From Saprospiraceae bacterium (GTDB taxonomy: Bacteria; Bacteroidota; Bacteroidia; Chitinophagales; Saprospiraceae), in NCBI GenBank assembly GCA_016714985.1, contig JADKBS010000032.1, forward strand, positions 11,036-75,035: 64,000 bases of DNA. Direction: 5' to 3'. Shown one piece after another: positions 1-10,109 of the stretch. A program made the translations under genes and the position numbers. Under the pieces are notes generated by a model. The model saw nothing but the letters and a program-made list of their open reading frames with translations, was not told the DNA's origin and did no database searches. How positions within the stretch are numbered: the first letter of the stretch is position 1; each line of letters opens with the position of its first letter.

Positions 1-3000
1 GGCCCCTTCAGCTTTGCTGACGCAATTAATGTTCAACAGTTTTCATACTCATCAGATAATCTATATGACCTAGGCGACCTTGACGCAGATGGACTCCCTG
101 ACCTGTATTTCGGCGAAACCAATGGGCGATGGCGGAAAAATCTTGGCAACGGGACGTTTTCCCCGGATATTCCGCTTTGTACCAATATCATTCATAAAGG
201 CATTGCCGATTTGGACCACGATGGCTACCTTGACGCTTATGGCTATTTGAAGGAAAACGATATTAACCAGTTCGGCTATGCCAAGAACAATGGCGACCAG
301 GCATACAAATGGATTCCGATTGCGGATTCCCTGCTCAACCCAAAGGCAGTGGACATGAATGCTGACGGGTTGCTCGATATCGTAGCTGGTATTGGCCGTA
401 ATCAAATTGGTTCTTTTTATCCGAAGCGTATAGAAGTTTGGCTGAATGAAGGCCCCGCTAATTTTCCCACAAAATTGGTGCTGCCAAATAAACCTGCCAA
501 TTGGCTGGCTACCTTAGAAACCTTTACCGCAGATGCGGATGGAGATGGAGACACAGATATTTTTGCCTATATCAGCAAATCGGATGCTATCACCAAAAGG
601 AACATCGCCTTGATGCTAAATGATGGCAATGGCCAACTCACGTTTCACGCCTACCTAAGTTCGAGCGACATCCTTTACCTTTGGGGAGCACATGTCCATG
701 ATTTTGATGGTGACGGAGACCCTGACGTCATCTTTAGCTATACCAATGAGGTTCGTTGGATGGAGAATTTGGGCAATAATAATTTCACGCCCATTAAGAT
801 GGCCTTAGACCTTGGTGATTTGGATTTTGGCACATTCTATTCCCTGGCAGATTTTGACAACGACGGGGTGGTTGACATCATTGGCGGGCCTACAACGTCT
901 TTAAATATCGCTTACTGGAGATCCTTGGCAGGCGTAATCGATGGCCCACATGAACTGGATGCAGAAATTGAGTACCCATATAACTTAACCGTTGTAGATT
1001 TTGACCTCGATGGCGATAATGATATTATGTATGCAGTTTTGGATGAAGGCTTGTATGGTGATGATTATTACTATATGTATTTGGCTGAAAACCTTGGCAA
1101 TGAAAACTTTGCTCCAACTGATTATATTGATGTGAAATATCCAAGTGGATCATATTATGCACAAGAGGATATAGACGGTGATGGTGACAAAGACATAATA
1201 CTATTTACGACGGGCATTGGCGATCAATCGCAATTGCGATGGTTCCCCAACTTGGCCGAAGACCACTTCACCCTTAGAGGCCGTACTTTTTGGGACATGA
1301 ACGGGAACGGTACCTTCGATGTGGGCGATTATCCGTTCACTAACCGTAAGGCCAAACTCTTTCCTCAAGGCCAACTCATTTATGCTAACATTGAGGGCAA
1401 GTTCCTAATACAGGGATCGACGGGCACCAACCACCTGACCACCGAACCTGATACCATCTGGCAACTGACCACAACACCGGACACCTTTCAGATAGACCTG
1501 CCAAAGCCCCCCAACAGCGCATCAGAGTATATTTTCGGGTTCGAAGCCTTGACAGACACGCTTTTGGGTGAAGCATTTTTGCAAACCTCTAGCTTGCGAT
1601 GCAATACCACGACCTCCCAGTGGGGCGGAGTCCTCAACAATGGTACTACCCTGATGAGCGGAACCGTCGCTTATACCCCCGATGCTAATGCAACATTGCA
1701 CAGCTTTGACCCCTTGCCAAGCAGCGTCGCCAATGGCACCTATTTCTTTGACTTTGAAAACATACCACCCGGCAGTTATTTTGTATTTAAAATGGCGCTA
1801 ACGATGCCCGATGTCTCGTTTTGGATTCTGCGTTCGTGTTCAAGGTGCAAGCATACGTGGACAATCCGCTTGGCTTACAGACTGACACCATCAACCATCA
1901 AATCTCTGGTACGCTGCTGTGTGCATTCGACCCTAACGACAAACTCGTTGAGCCAGCCGGGATTGGCTCCCACGGCCTCCTTGATGCAGCCCCAGACGTA
2001 TTCACTTACACCATCCGTTTTCAAAATACAGGCAACGACCTGGCCTTCACGGTCACGCTCAAGGATGAATTGCACCCTTTGCTCGATTGGAACAGTTTGC
2101 GACCATTGGCAGCAAGCCACCCTTACAATGTCAGCATTGATGCTGAGGGACTTATGGAGGTGAGGTTTGAAAACATCAACCTGCCTGACAGCACTACAAA
2201 TTACACGGGCAGTCAAGGCTTCTTCATGTATGAAATAAAGCCGAGGGACGCATTGCCGATTGGCAGCATTGTCACGAATAGTGCTGGTATTTACTTTGAC
2301 TTCAACCCACCTGTGCTCACCAACGAGGTTAAGAACCTAATTGGCTACGAACTGGACGTCGTTATAATGGCAAATGGCTCCATTTTGTGCGACAGCAATG
2401 CCTTATTGTTGAATGCAGCGATTCATACCACCTTGGATTCATTTTCATATCATTGGGAAAAAGATGGCGTGTGGGTATCTGGGGATTCCACGTTGGCCGT
2501 GAACGAGACAGGCCAATATGTCATCGTTGTGAACAGTTATGGAGTCATATTGACTGACACGATAGTCATAACACAAACCAACGACTTAATAGCCAGTTTC
2601 TCGACTGGCATTGATGGCAACGAAATCAGCTTCTTCAATGAGTCGGTCGGGGCTGATTCCTCGTTCTGGGATTTTGGCAATGGCCAGACCAGCAACAACG
2701 ATTCCCCTCAATTGACATTGCTAACGGGGGTGGGCAGTCTTTACGTCTGTCTGACGGTCGTCAATACCTGTGGGACGCACCAAAACTGCCAGCATATAAT
2801 ATTGAGTGGTACAGCACCCAATGCCGGACAAATGGAAGTCTTGAGCATAAGCCCCAATCCCACCAAGGGGCTAGTGTCACTCCGATTGGCGCTTTCCAAA
2901 GAGGCGGAGATACAGCTATCATTGTTTGACATGCAGGGGCGTCACGCCGGCTTTGACAGGACATTGTTCTATACCAAAGGGATGGAAGATGTACTAATTG

Positions 3001-3086
3001 ACCTGGACAGCCATCCAGCAGGGGTTTATTTGCTGAGAATACAAGTTGGTGATACCGTCGTTTGGAGGAAAATAGTGCATCAATGA
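1..3086 (+). CDS. Secreted FG-GAP/VCBS-repeat protein with conserved-repeat and PKD-like domains and a T9SS (Por) C-terminal sorting domain. The 5' end lies outside the window, and the frame is broken once near 1819-1822.
   Basis: Frame 1 is open from nt 1 (GPFSFADAINVQ...), so listed ORF 211..2163 is only its internal part. It carries repeated DxDGDxD FG-GAP-type motifs (DADGDGDTDIF, DFDGDGDPDVIF, DFDLDGDNDIMY, DIDGDGDKDIILF). After about 1820 the frame-1 translation becomes nonsense, while frame 3 (ORF 1821..3086) continues sensibly with FDPNDK...YTIRFQNTGND, the PKD-like 'FWDFGNGQTS' and a C-terminal 'LSISPNPTKGLVSLRL...VYLLRIQV'. Confidence 0.75.
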
Positions 3087-3260
3087 AAATCAACCTTTCA
3101 GCAATAGGCCTCATGTTGGAGAGATGCTAAATTAATTGCCGAAGTGCGTAGATTGGTATGAGCCAAATTACTTTATGCCCCTGCCTTCCATTTAAGCAAG
3201 CGTCACTGACACACCGTTGTCACTCAATCTCTTTTTCTTTGCACCCAAAAAAACGCCACC

Positions 3261-3665
3261 ATGCACACCACCAACTACTTCAACACCTTCATCGAAATAG
3301 CCGAGGACTGCCCCATCAGCGCTGCCGAGGTGCCGCCCCAGAAGGGCGAGGCCAAGTCGGTGGCCAACCTGCAATTCGAGCTAATCGAGCAGCATCCCTA
3401 CCAGTACACCTCTGATGACGTGATTTTTGGCATCCATGCGCTGCGCAATGGACTGCCCAACAACGAGGCTGAACGGGCGGCTTTTTTCTCCAAAGGCCAA
3501 GCCTGCCTGCGCTCCTCGCCGTTGGGCAAGCGCTATGCTTGGGGCATTCACCACGATGCTGAGGGGAAAGTGGCTATATACCCAGCCGGGTCGGAGGAGT
3601 ACCAGCGACTGGCGGCTGACCCTAACTTGAAGCACACCAAGGCCATGCGCTCGAAGCGGGCTTGA
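3261..3665 (+). CDS. Small conserved hypothetical protein (resembles the DUF6157 family as I remember it)
   Basis: 134-aa ORF with an ATG start and no competing gene. The N-terminus MHTTNYFNTFIEIAEDCP and the overall size fit a small bacterial family of unknown function. The family name is unverified. Confidence 0.55.
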   Translation: MHTTNYFNTFIEIAEDCPISAAEVPPQKGEAKSVANLQFELIEQHPYQYTSDDVIFGIHALRNGLPNNEAERAAFFSKGQACLRSSPLGKRYAWGIHHDAEGKVAIYPAGSEEYQRLAADPNLKHTKAMRSKRA

Positions 3666-3738
3666 GTTCCACTCATTTCCCATTTTTGCCTTCCCATATT
3701 TTTTTCAATAAATTCTCCGCCCTTTGTCCGACCTCGTG

Positions 3739-3768
3739 CAACCCGTTCGTCAGCGGGTTGTGTTTTGA
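3739..3768 (+). terminator. Hairpin plus T-rich tail downstream of 3261..3665
   Basis: CAACCCG (3739-3745) pairs with CGGGTTG (3754-3760) across an 8-nt loop, followed by TGTTTTG. It sits about 75 nt after the stop codon. Confidence 0.4.
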
Positions 3769-3816
3769 TTCTGAAACACGATGAACCAAATTTTTTCACT
3801 CAAAATTTAAGTAAAA

Positions 3817-4170
3817 ATGGACAAGTACATGTTATTGTTTCGCACCGATTCAAACGTTGAAGACCTTTACGCCAATATGTCGCCGGAGGAGATGGAGGCA
3901 GAATTGGGCAAGTGGAACACATGGATTGGCGGTATTGCTGCCCAAGGCAAATTTGAAGGCTCGGAGGCGCTACAGCCTACCGGCAAAATCGTGACTGGTT
4001 CCAAGCTAGTGGTGTCAGATGGCCCCTATGTCGAGAGCAAGGAAATGGTCAGTGGCTACCTTATACTCAAAGCCGATAGCATAGAGGAAGCCATCGAACT
4101 ATCGCAGGGCTGCCCCATCTACGACCTTGAAGGCATCGTGGAAGTGCGGCAGATTCAGGTTTTTGGGTAG
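3817..4170 (+). CDS. YCII-related (DGPF-type) domain protein
   Basis: 117 aa. 'VSDGPYVESKEMVSGYLILKADSIEEAIEL' is the YCII/DGPF signature. Its position upstream of a COG4941-type ECF sigma gene is the usual pairing. Confidence 0.8.
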   Translation: MDKYMLLFRTDSNVEDLYANMSPEEMEAELGKWNTWIGGIAAQGKFEGSEALQPTGKIVTGSKLVVSDGPYVESKEMVSGYLILKADSIEEAIELSQGCPIYDLEGIVEVRQIQVFG

Positions 4171-4227
4171 TCATTGGTCATTGAGGTCATTGGTCATTGA
4201 GGTCATTGGGGGTCATTGGTCATTGGG
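4171..4227. repeat. Tandem heptamer-type array (TCATTGG / TCATTGAGG units, about 7 copies). It forms the left inverted arm of the four-helix-bundle cassette.
   Basis: Read directly: tcattggtcattgaggtcattggtcattgaggtcattgggggtcattggtcattggg. It starts the base after the YCII stop codon and is the reverse complement of the unit in array 4700-4787. Confidence 0.9.
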
Positions 4228-4308
4228 ATGTTTCAATTTATGAAAAATAGTATTTGCATAAATTGCAGCAATCGCATTGTTTTGTGATTCCATTGACCCT
4301 AATGGCCA

Positions 4309-4710
4309 ATGACTAAAATGACAAATACTATGAGCTACTTACCACTTGACGAAATCGAGGTTTATCAAATGGTAATGGATATAGGGGATGATGTTTGGGA
4401 GATTGTCATCGGCTGGGACTACTTTCTAAAGGATACTATTGGCAAGCAATTCTGTCGTTCAGCAGATTCAATTTCAGCCAATATAGCAGAGGGTTATGGA
4501 CGATTTCACTATAATGAAAACCGTAATTTCTGCTTCTATGCGAGAGGCTCATTGCTCGAATCAAAAACATGGCTAAAAAAAGCGCATAAGCGAAAAATTA
4601 TCTCAGATGATGTTTACTCAGCCATTTTGGAGAAACTTTCAAGATGCCATCTAAAACTCAATAAATACATCAAGACCATTGGCAAAACCCCACCCAAAAA
4701 TGACAAATGA
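4309..4710 (+). CDS. Four-helix-bundle protein (23S rRNA intervening-sequence protein family)
   Basis: 133 aa. 'ADSISANIAEGYGRFHYNENRNFCFYARGSLLESKTWL' matches the family signature from memory (TIGR02436-like). Alternative starts are at 4318 and 4330. The stop codon lies inside the right-hand repeat array. Confidence 0.8.
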   Translation: MTKMTNTMSYLPLDEIEVYQMVMDIGDDVWEIVIGWDYFLKDTIGKQFCRSADSISANIAEGYGRFHYNENRNFCFYARGSLLESKTWLKKAHKRKIISDDVYSAILEKLSRCHLKLNKYIKTIGKTPPKNDK

Positions 4711-4787
4711 CCCTAATGACCCTAATGACCAATGACCAATGACCAATGACCAATGACCAATGACCAATGACCCAATGACCATTGACC
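4700..4787. repeat. Tandem heptamer-type array (CCAATGA / CCCTAATGA units, about 11 copies). It forms the right inverted arm of the cassette.
   Basis: Read directly: atgacaaatgaccctaatgaccctaatgaccaatgaccaatgaccaatgaccaatgaccaatgaccaatgacccaatgaccattgacc. CCAATGA is the reverse complement of TCATTGG. The array covers both the 4HB stop codon and both candidate sigma start codons. Confidence 0.9.
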
Positions 4788-6013
4788 ATCTCTTCCGGCA
4801 CGAGTCGGGAAAGATGCTTGCCGTGTTGGTGAAGCTGTTTGGCCTCCAACAGGCCGAGGTAGCGGAGGACATCGTGCAGGAGACCCTGTTGGCAGCCATG
4901 CAAACCTGGAAGCTAAAAGGCATGCCTGACGACCCAAGGGCCTGGCTCTACCGAACTGCCAAGAACCGGACCATTGATTTTTTGCGCCGGGAGCGCAATT
5001 TCCGGGACAACATTGCTCCAAGTTTTGCGCAGCAAAGCCTCCTGAACGCAGCGCCGACCCAGTGGATGGACAGCTTTTTCTTTGATGACGAAATCGAGGA
5101 CGCACAACTCCGCATGGTCTTTGCCTGCTGCCACCCGGCCATCCCCGTAGAGGCGCAACTGTCGCTGGTGCTGCGCAGCCTGTGCGGACTTAGCAACCGA
5201 GAGATAGCCGCAGCCTTCCTCTTGCCGGAGGAGACCGTTGCGAAGCGCCTGTACCGGGCCAAGGAAAAAATCCGGGAAGAAAACCTGCGGCTGGAAGTGC
5301 CACATGGCGAGCAGCTGACGCCCCGACTGGACGCCGTGCTGCAAGCGGTTTACCTGCTGTTCAACGAGGGCTACAAGTCCGCCACCACCGACGCCATCAT
5401 CCGACCTGACCTCTGCGAAGAGGCCCTACGCCTCAGCCAACTCCTGGCAAAGCACCCTTTCACCAACTTGCCCAAGACCCATGCCCTGCTGGCGCTGATG
5501 TGCTTCCACGCCGCCCGTTTCGCCGCCCGCATGGACGAGGATGGCGGCATCGTCCTGCTGGAAGATCAAGACCGCAGCCAATGGAATCGCCGATTGATAG
5601 GGCTTGGCTATATGCACCTGCGTGACGCCTCCGCCGGGAACGTCATCAGCGAATACCACCTCGAAGCGGCCATTGCCTCCTACCATGCCTCCTCGCCGAG
5701 CTTCGGCCAAACGAACTGGAAAGGCATTTTTTACTGCTATGATTTGCTGCTGAAAACAAACCCATCGCCGATGGTGGCCATGAACAGGGCCATCGCCTTG
5801 GGATATGCCGATGGCTCAAAGGCAGGCATTGAAGCATTGCTAAAGCTGGCAGGCTTGGAAAAGAACCACTTCTACCACGCCGCATTGGGCGATTTTTGGG
5901 CAAAAAACGGGGACTCCAACAAGGCAAGGGATTGTTACGAAAAAGCCTTGCAGTTGGCACAATTGCCCGCTGAGCGGAAGGTGATGAAGGGGAAAATCGG
6001 GAAGTTGGCGTGA
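4760..6013 (+). CDS. ECF-type RNA polymerase sigma factor with a long C-terminal extension (COG4941-like)
   Basis: Region 2 is 'DIVQETLLAAMQTW...PRAWLYRTAKNRTIDFLRRER' and the region 4 HTH is 'LSNREIAAAFLLPEETVAKRLYRAKEKI', followed by a roughly 230-aa helical extension. The ATG at 4775 (MTIDHLFRHESGKM) is an equally plausible start. Confidence 0.85.
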   Translation: MTNDPMTIDHLFRHESGKMLAVLVKLFGLQQAEVAEDIVQETLLAAMQTWKLKGMPDDPRAWLYRTAKNRTIDFLRRERNFRDNIAPSFAQQSLLNAAPTQWMDSFFFDDEIEDAQLRMVFACCHPAIPVEAQLSLVLRSLCGLSNREIAAAFLLPEETVAKRLYRAKEKIREENLRLEVPHGEQLTPRLDAVLQAVYLLFNEGYKSATTDAIIRPDLCEEALRLSQLLAKHPFTNLPKTHALLALMCFHAARFAARMDEDGGIVLLEDQDRSQWNRRLIGLGYMHLRDASAGNVISEYHLEAAIASYHASSPSFGQTNWKGIFYCYDLLLKTNPSPMVAMNRAIALGYADGSKAGIEALLKLAGLEKNHFYHAALGDFWAKNGDSNKARDCYEKALQLAQLPAERKVMKGKIGKLA

Positions 6014-6176
6014 AAAATTGCACTATTTTCCTGGAGGATTTGGACAAACTCAAAAAGGCGGGGGTTCGGCATCGTGATGTGAGGCATGCAAGGGTTGTTC
6101 ACCAAAAATTACTTGTCAATTTTGCGGTTGCACCCTACCGCAACTTTCCCCCAATTTTGCCCATAAAAAAAGCACC

Positions 6177-7217
6177 ATGCAACTCACCACCGACCGCATG
6201 TACCAGGCCATTCTGGACAAAGACCCCAGCTTCGAAGGCGTTTTTTTCACTTGCGTAAAAACGACGGGCATCTTCTGCCGCCCGGTCTGCACGGCCCGCA
6301 AGCCCAAGCTGGAGAACGTTGAGTTCGTGCCTTCGGCAAAGGTGGCAATGGGCAAGGGCTACCGGCCCTGCAAGATTTGCGAACCGCTGCGCCTGCCCGA
6401 CGAGACGCCCGATTTCATTCAAAACCTATTGGCGGAAATCAGGGAAAACCCTTCTGCGAAAATAGGCGACTGGGACCTGCGGCAGCGGCACCTCGAGCCG
6501 CACACCATCCGGCGTTGGTTCCTCAAAAACCACGGCATGACCTTCCACGCCTACCAGCGCATGTTCCGGTTGAATACGGCCTTCAAGAAGCTGCAACAGG
6601 GCGACTCGGTGACGGACGTCGCCTTTGGCACGGGCTACGAGAGCCTCAGCGGCTTCGGCGACCAGTTCAAGGCGGTGTTTGGCGTGTCGCCCAAGCAGGG
6701 CAGGGCACAGGGAGTAATTGACCTCACCCGCTTGGAGACGCCAATCGGCACTATGTTCGCCGCCGCCGTGCCGGAGGGCATCTGCCTACTGGAGTTCACC
6801 GACCGCAAGGCGCTTCCAACGGAGCTGAAGACCCTTGCAAAGCACTACAATGCAACGATATTGCAGGGCGACAACCCACATTTTGCGAAGCTGAAAGCGC
6901 AGTTGGCCGAGTATTTTGGCGGCAGCCGCCGGGAGTTTGATTTGCCTTTGGCCATGCCCGGCACGGCCTTCCAACAGTCGGTCTGGCAGGAACTGTTGAC
7001 CATTCCATACGGTAGCACCCGCAGCTATGCCGGGCAGGCCGAGCGCCTTGGCAAGCCAAATGCCGTGCGGGCTGTGGCCAATGCCAACGGCATGAACCGC
7101 ATGAGCATCATTGTGCCCTGCCACCGGGTCATCGGCTCCGACGGCCACCTGACGGGCTACGGCGGAGGGCTTTGGCGGAAGCAGTGGTTGCTGGAATTGG
7201 AGCGGGGGAAAGTGTAA
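6177..7217 (+). CDS. ada: Bifunctional Ada-type regulator / methylated-DNA-protein-cysteine methyltransferase
   Basis: N-terminal Zn-Cys4 methylphosphotriester module (FFTCVKTTGIFCRPVCTARKP...PCKICEP), a central AraC-type HTH and the C-terminal alkyltransferase active site 'IVPCHRVIGSDG'. Confidence 0.85.
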   Translation: MQLTTDRMYQAILDKDPSFEGVFFTCVKTTGIFCRPVCTARKPKLENVEFVPSAKVAMGKGYRPCKICEPLRLPDETPDFIQNLLAEIRENPSAKIGDWDLRQRHLEPHTIRRWFLKNHGMTFHAYQRMFRLNTAFKKLQQGDSVTDVAFGTGYESLSGFGDQFKAVFGVSPKQGRAQGVIDLTRLETPIGTMFAAAVPEGICLLEFTDRKALPTELKTLAKHYNATILQGDNPHFAKLKAQLAEYFGGSRREFDLPLAMPGTAFQQSVWQELLTIPYGSTRSYAGQAERLGKPNAVRAVANANGMNRMSIIVPCHRVIGSDGHLTGYGGGLWRKQWLLELERGKV

Positions 7218-7261
7218 TTAATTGCTGTTTATCCTATCTTTCTCCCAAAATCTAAATTGAC

Positions 7262-8074
7262 ATGATGCCAACACATTTTCCCTCGTTTGTTCTCCCATTT
7301 TTCTGTGCATTGCTTGCGCTATCCTCCTGCCGCAATGAGCCGCAGGAAGAATTGAAAGGGATTTCCGTTGACCAATTGTCCGATACCGAAGGAGTGGCGG
7401 ATTCGGTGGGAGAGGGCGTTCCTGCAAAGGTCGTCACCCGGCCCAGTGACGTCCTGCTGACCGCTCATGCCGACCACCGCTTGGTGACTGTTAACCGCTT
7501 GATGCAGCACTCGTCGTATAGAGGCGGCAAAACTTACCTTGGCTCCAATTATTATTACAGTTCCTCTGATTACGAGGAGGAGGAAGGGTATCCAAGGCTA
7601 AACGCTTGGCACGGCCATTATATGCCTGGCATCGAAGCGGTTCGTGGGGTCAACCTGCTCAATATCAGCCATTACAACATGAACACGAAGACCAAGCACG
7701 ACCTGTTCGAGCTTCCGGTTTGGGTGAATACCTTGTATTATCCAGCTTTTGAAACAGATACCTTGAACGGGAAGCCGGTCATGCGGGACTACTACATGGT
7801 CTCGGCCTATGACGAGGACACCAACAAGGACAGCATCTTGAATTACCACGACCTGCGCAGGTTTTACCTGTTCGACTTGGAAGGGAAGCGGCTGGCGCAA
7901 TTGGTGCCACCCAATTATTCCGTCGTTAGTTCGGAATACGACCCGGCGAATGATGCCATGTTCGTCTATGCCAGCCTAGACGAAAATGCGAACGGGAAAA
8001 GGGATGTTGTAGAGCCGGTTCACGTATTTTGGTTTTCGCTAAAAGCACCTGCACCGGGTGAGCGGCTTTATTGA
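7262..8074 (+). CDS. Hypothetical lipoprotein
   Basis: 270 aa with a signal peptide ending in the lipobox-like 'LLALSSC'. No family recognised. Confidence 0.6.
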   Translation: MMPTHFPSFVLPFFCALLALSSCRNEPQEELKGISVDQLSDTEGVADSVGEGVPAKVVTRPSDVLLTAHADHRLVTVNRLMQHSSYRGGKTYLGSNYYYSSSDYEEEEGYPRLNAWHGHYMPGIEAVRGVNLLNISHYNMNTKTKHDLFELPVWVNTLYYPAFETDTLNGKPVMRDYYMVSAYDEDTNKDSILNYHDLRRFYLFDLEGKRLAQLVPPNYSVVSSEYDPANDAMFVYASLDENANGKRDVVEPVHVFWFSLKAPAPGERLY

Positions 8075-8154
8075 TTCGAATTGTTTTAAAATTCGCCAAG
8101 TTCTTTACCTTGCCGCATTATTCACCAATTTTTTCACCTTTCACCTTATCAACT

Positions 8155-8553
8155 ATGGCTTATTTAGAAATTCTTATTGGAGCTGTCGCAGCCTTTTTAT
8201 TGGGTTTTGCATGGTACACTGTTCTGTTTGGCAAAGCATGGCAAGCTGAAACGGGCATCACCGACGACCAAGCAAAAGCAGGTGTGGCCATGACGCACGG
8301 CCTTGCCTTCGTGATGATGGCGGTGCTGGCCTATTCCGTCAACATGATGATTGGCTACCACGACCTTGCAGAACAGACCTTCACCCACGGGGCGTTTCAT
8401 GGGATGCTGATGGCACTTACCGTCGGTCTTCCCGCCGTGGCCATCAACTACCTGTACCAGAAGAAATCGTTGAAATTGTTCTTGATTGACGGTGGTTACC
8501 TGGTGGCCTTCATGGTGCTGATGGGCGGTGTGATGGCTGCTTTGAAATTCTAA
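8155..8553 (+). CDS. DUF1761-like membrane protein
   Basis: The ATG at 8155 gives MAYLEILIGAVAAFLLGFAWYTVLFGKAWQ, typical of the family N-terminus. The listed ORF starts earlier (8071), but that extension is AT-rich leader-like sequence. Confidence 0.65.
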   Translation: MAYLEILIGAVAAFLLGFAWYTVLFGKAWQAETGITDDQAKAGVAMTHGLAFVMMAVLAYSVNMMIGYHDLAEQTFTHGAFHGMLMALTVGLPAVAINYLYQKKSLKLFLIDGGYLVAFMVLMGGVMAALKF

Positions 8554-8555
8554 AC

Positions 8556-8588
8556 AGTATCGGCGTGGCTCAAACCCACGCCGATACT
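8556..8588. terminator. Bidirectional intrinsic terminator between convergent genes
   Basis: AGTATCGGCGTGG (8556-8568) pairs perfectly with CCACGCCGATACT (8576-8588) over 13 bp with a 7-nt loop. TTT follows on the + strand. Confidence 0.75.
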
Positions 8589-8597
8589 TTCAACTTA

Positions 8598-8738
8598 TCA
8601 GGCTTGTTCGTCATTTTCGGAATACGAGTCTGGTTCCGATTTTTTCTTCGCTGTCAGTACCCGGTAAAAAAAGTACCCGCAGAAACTGCCGACGATGAGC
8701 ACAGTAGAAAGCCACATCATTAAAGCGCTATTGTTCAT
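8598..8738 (-). CDS. Possible 46-aa single-pass membrane micro-protein directly downstream of nhaD
   Basis: It is below the ORF-track cutoff. Translation by hand gives MNNSALMMWLSTVLIVGSFCGYFFYRVLTAKKKSEPDSYSENDEQA. The ATG lies 3 nt after the nhaD stop, and the ORF ends just before terminator 8556-8588. Confidence 0.35.
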   Translation of the reverse strand: MNNSALMMWLSTVLIVGSFCGYFFYRVLTAKKKSEPDSYSENDEQA

Positions 8739-8741
8739 TTT

Positions 8742-10019
8742 TCAGAAGATTTGAAGTTGAAGGAAATAGACCAGCACTCCTGCGAAATAACCGAGCAGTG
8801 CCAGTAGGCTGATTTTTTTGAGGTACCAGAAAAACTCAATCCTTTCCATGCCCATAGCAGCTACCCCAGCTGCCGACCCGATGATGAGGCAACTGCCGCC
8901 TGTACCTGCACAATAAGCGAGAAACACCCAGAAATTGTGGTCGGTGGGCAACTGCTCCAGCGGGTACATCCCCATTGCGGCAGCAACCAAGGGCACATTG
9001 TCAATGACCGCCGAAAGCAGCCCGATGGAAACCACGATGGCATCTTGGTTCCCGATGTTCTCCGAAAGCCAAGCTGAAAGTTGAGTCAATATGCCCGCAG
9101 ACCCAAGCGCCGATACCGCCGTCAGGATGCCCAAGAAGAACAGGACGCTCGCCGCATCTGCCTTTTGCAAGGCGTGTACCACGGACAGCCGCCCCTTTTC
9201 CTCTACATTTTTTTGATGGTGGAGGATTTCGGTCACTGCCCAGAGCACACCCAAGACCAACAGGATGCCCATGAAAGGCGGCAGGTGCGTCAGGGTCTTG
9301 AAAACCGGAACGAACATCAGGCCGCCCACGCCCAGGCCAAATACCATATTGCGCTCCCGTTTGGTGGTGCCCTTGGGCTTTATTTCCTTGAGCGGGGGGA
9401 TAACTGGAGCGTCCTTGCGCATTTTCCAATTGAGGTACAGCAGTGGTACGGCAAGGCAGGCCAGGCTCGGCAGCAACACTTTCACCAGGAGGGTCAAAGC
9501 GGTCACCTGCCCCCCAATCCACAGCATGGTGGTGGTCACATCCCCGATGGGCGACCATGCCCCGCCCGCATTGGCGGCCACCACGATGATGCCCGCAAAG
9601 AACAACCTGTCCTTTTTGTCTCGGAGGATTTTGCGGAGCAAAGAAACCATGACGATGGTGGTGGTCAGGTTGTCCAGCACCGCCGAAAGGAAGAAGGTGA
9701 TGAAACCAACCATCCAGAGCAGCTTGCGGGGGCTGTCGGTCTTGATGTGTTCCGTGATGATTTCAAAGCCATCATGGGCGTCCACCAGTTCAACGATGAC
9801 CATTGCGCCGAGTAGGAAGAAAATAATGCCCGCCATTTCGCCAAGGTGCTCCTGCAACTGGTGGTTCACGGCATGGGCATCGTTGCTGTAAAGCATGTAA
9901 ATCGTCCAGCAGAGCACCCCTGTGATGAGCGCCGATGCGGCCTTGTTCACGTTGATAGGGTGTTCTAGCGCAATGGCGGCATAACCCAGGATAAAAACCA
10001 AGGCAAGAAGAATTTCCAT
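8742..10019 (-). CDS. nhaD: NhaD-type Na+/H+ antiporter
   Basis: 425-aa polytopic protein. The N-terminus MEILLALVFILGYAAIALEHPINVNKAA and the overall layout match the NhaD/ArsB-superfamily antiporters I recognise. Confidence 0.8.
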   Translation of the reverse strand: MEILLALVFILGYAAIALEHPINVNKAASALITGVLCWTIYMLYSNDAHAVNHQLQEHLGEMAGIIFFLLGAMVIVELVDAHDGFEIITEHIKTDSPRKLLWMVGFITFFLSAVLDNLTTTIVMVSLLRKILRDKKDRLFFAGIIVVAANAGGAWSPIGDVTTTMLWIGGQVTALTLLVKVLLPSLACLAVPLLYLNWKMRKDAPVIPPLKEIKPKGTTKRERNMVFGLGVGGLMFVPVFKTLTHLPPFMGILLVLGVLWAVTEILHHQKNVEEKGRLSVVHALQKADAASVLFFLGILTAVSALGSAGILTQLSAWLSENIGNQDAIVVSIGLLSAVIDNVPLVAAAMGMYPLEQLPTDHNFWVFLAYCAGTGGSCLIIGSAAGVAAMGMERIEFFWYLKKISLLALLGYFAGVLVYFLQLQIF

Positions 10020-10109
10020 AGGATGTGATTTTTGTCAAGTAAATGGCTACCGCCGTTGGCTACTCCCAGTGCTTAGGTATTGCCTACAGCAGTAGCTTTA
10101 CCAGGTGTT

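Noticed and set aside
4171-4787. Possible CRISPR array, considered because of the regularly spaced short repeats here and at 30218, 52466, 54042 and 56954
   Set aside because: The repeat period is only 7-9 nt with no unique spacers, and no cas genes are present in the window. These are simple tandem arrays, not CRISPR.
9001-9891. ORFs 9001..9558 (-), 9081..9815 (+) and 9265..9891 (+)
   Set aside because: They are out-of-frame or antisense within the nhaD antiporter gene and their translations are non-membrane-like.
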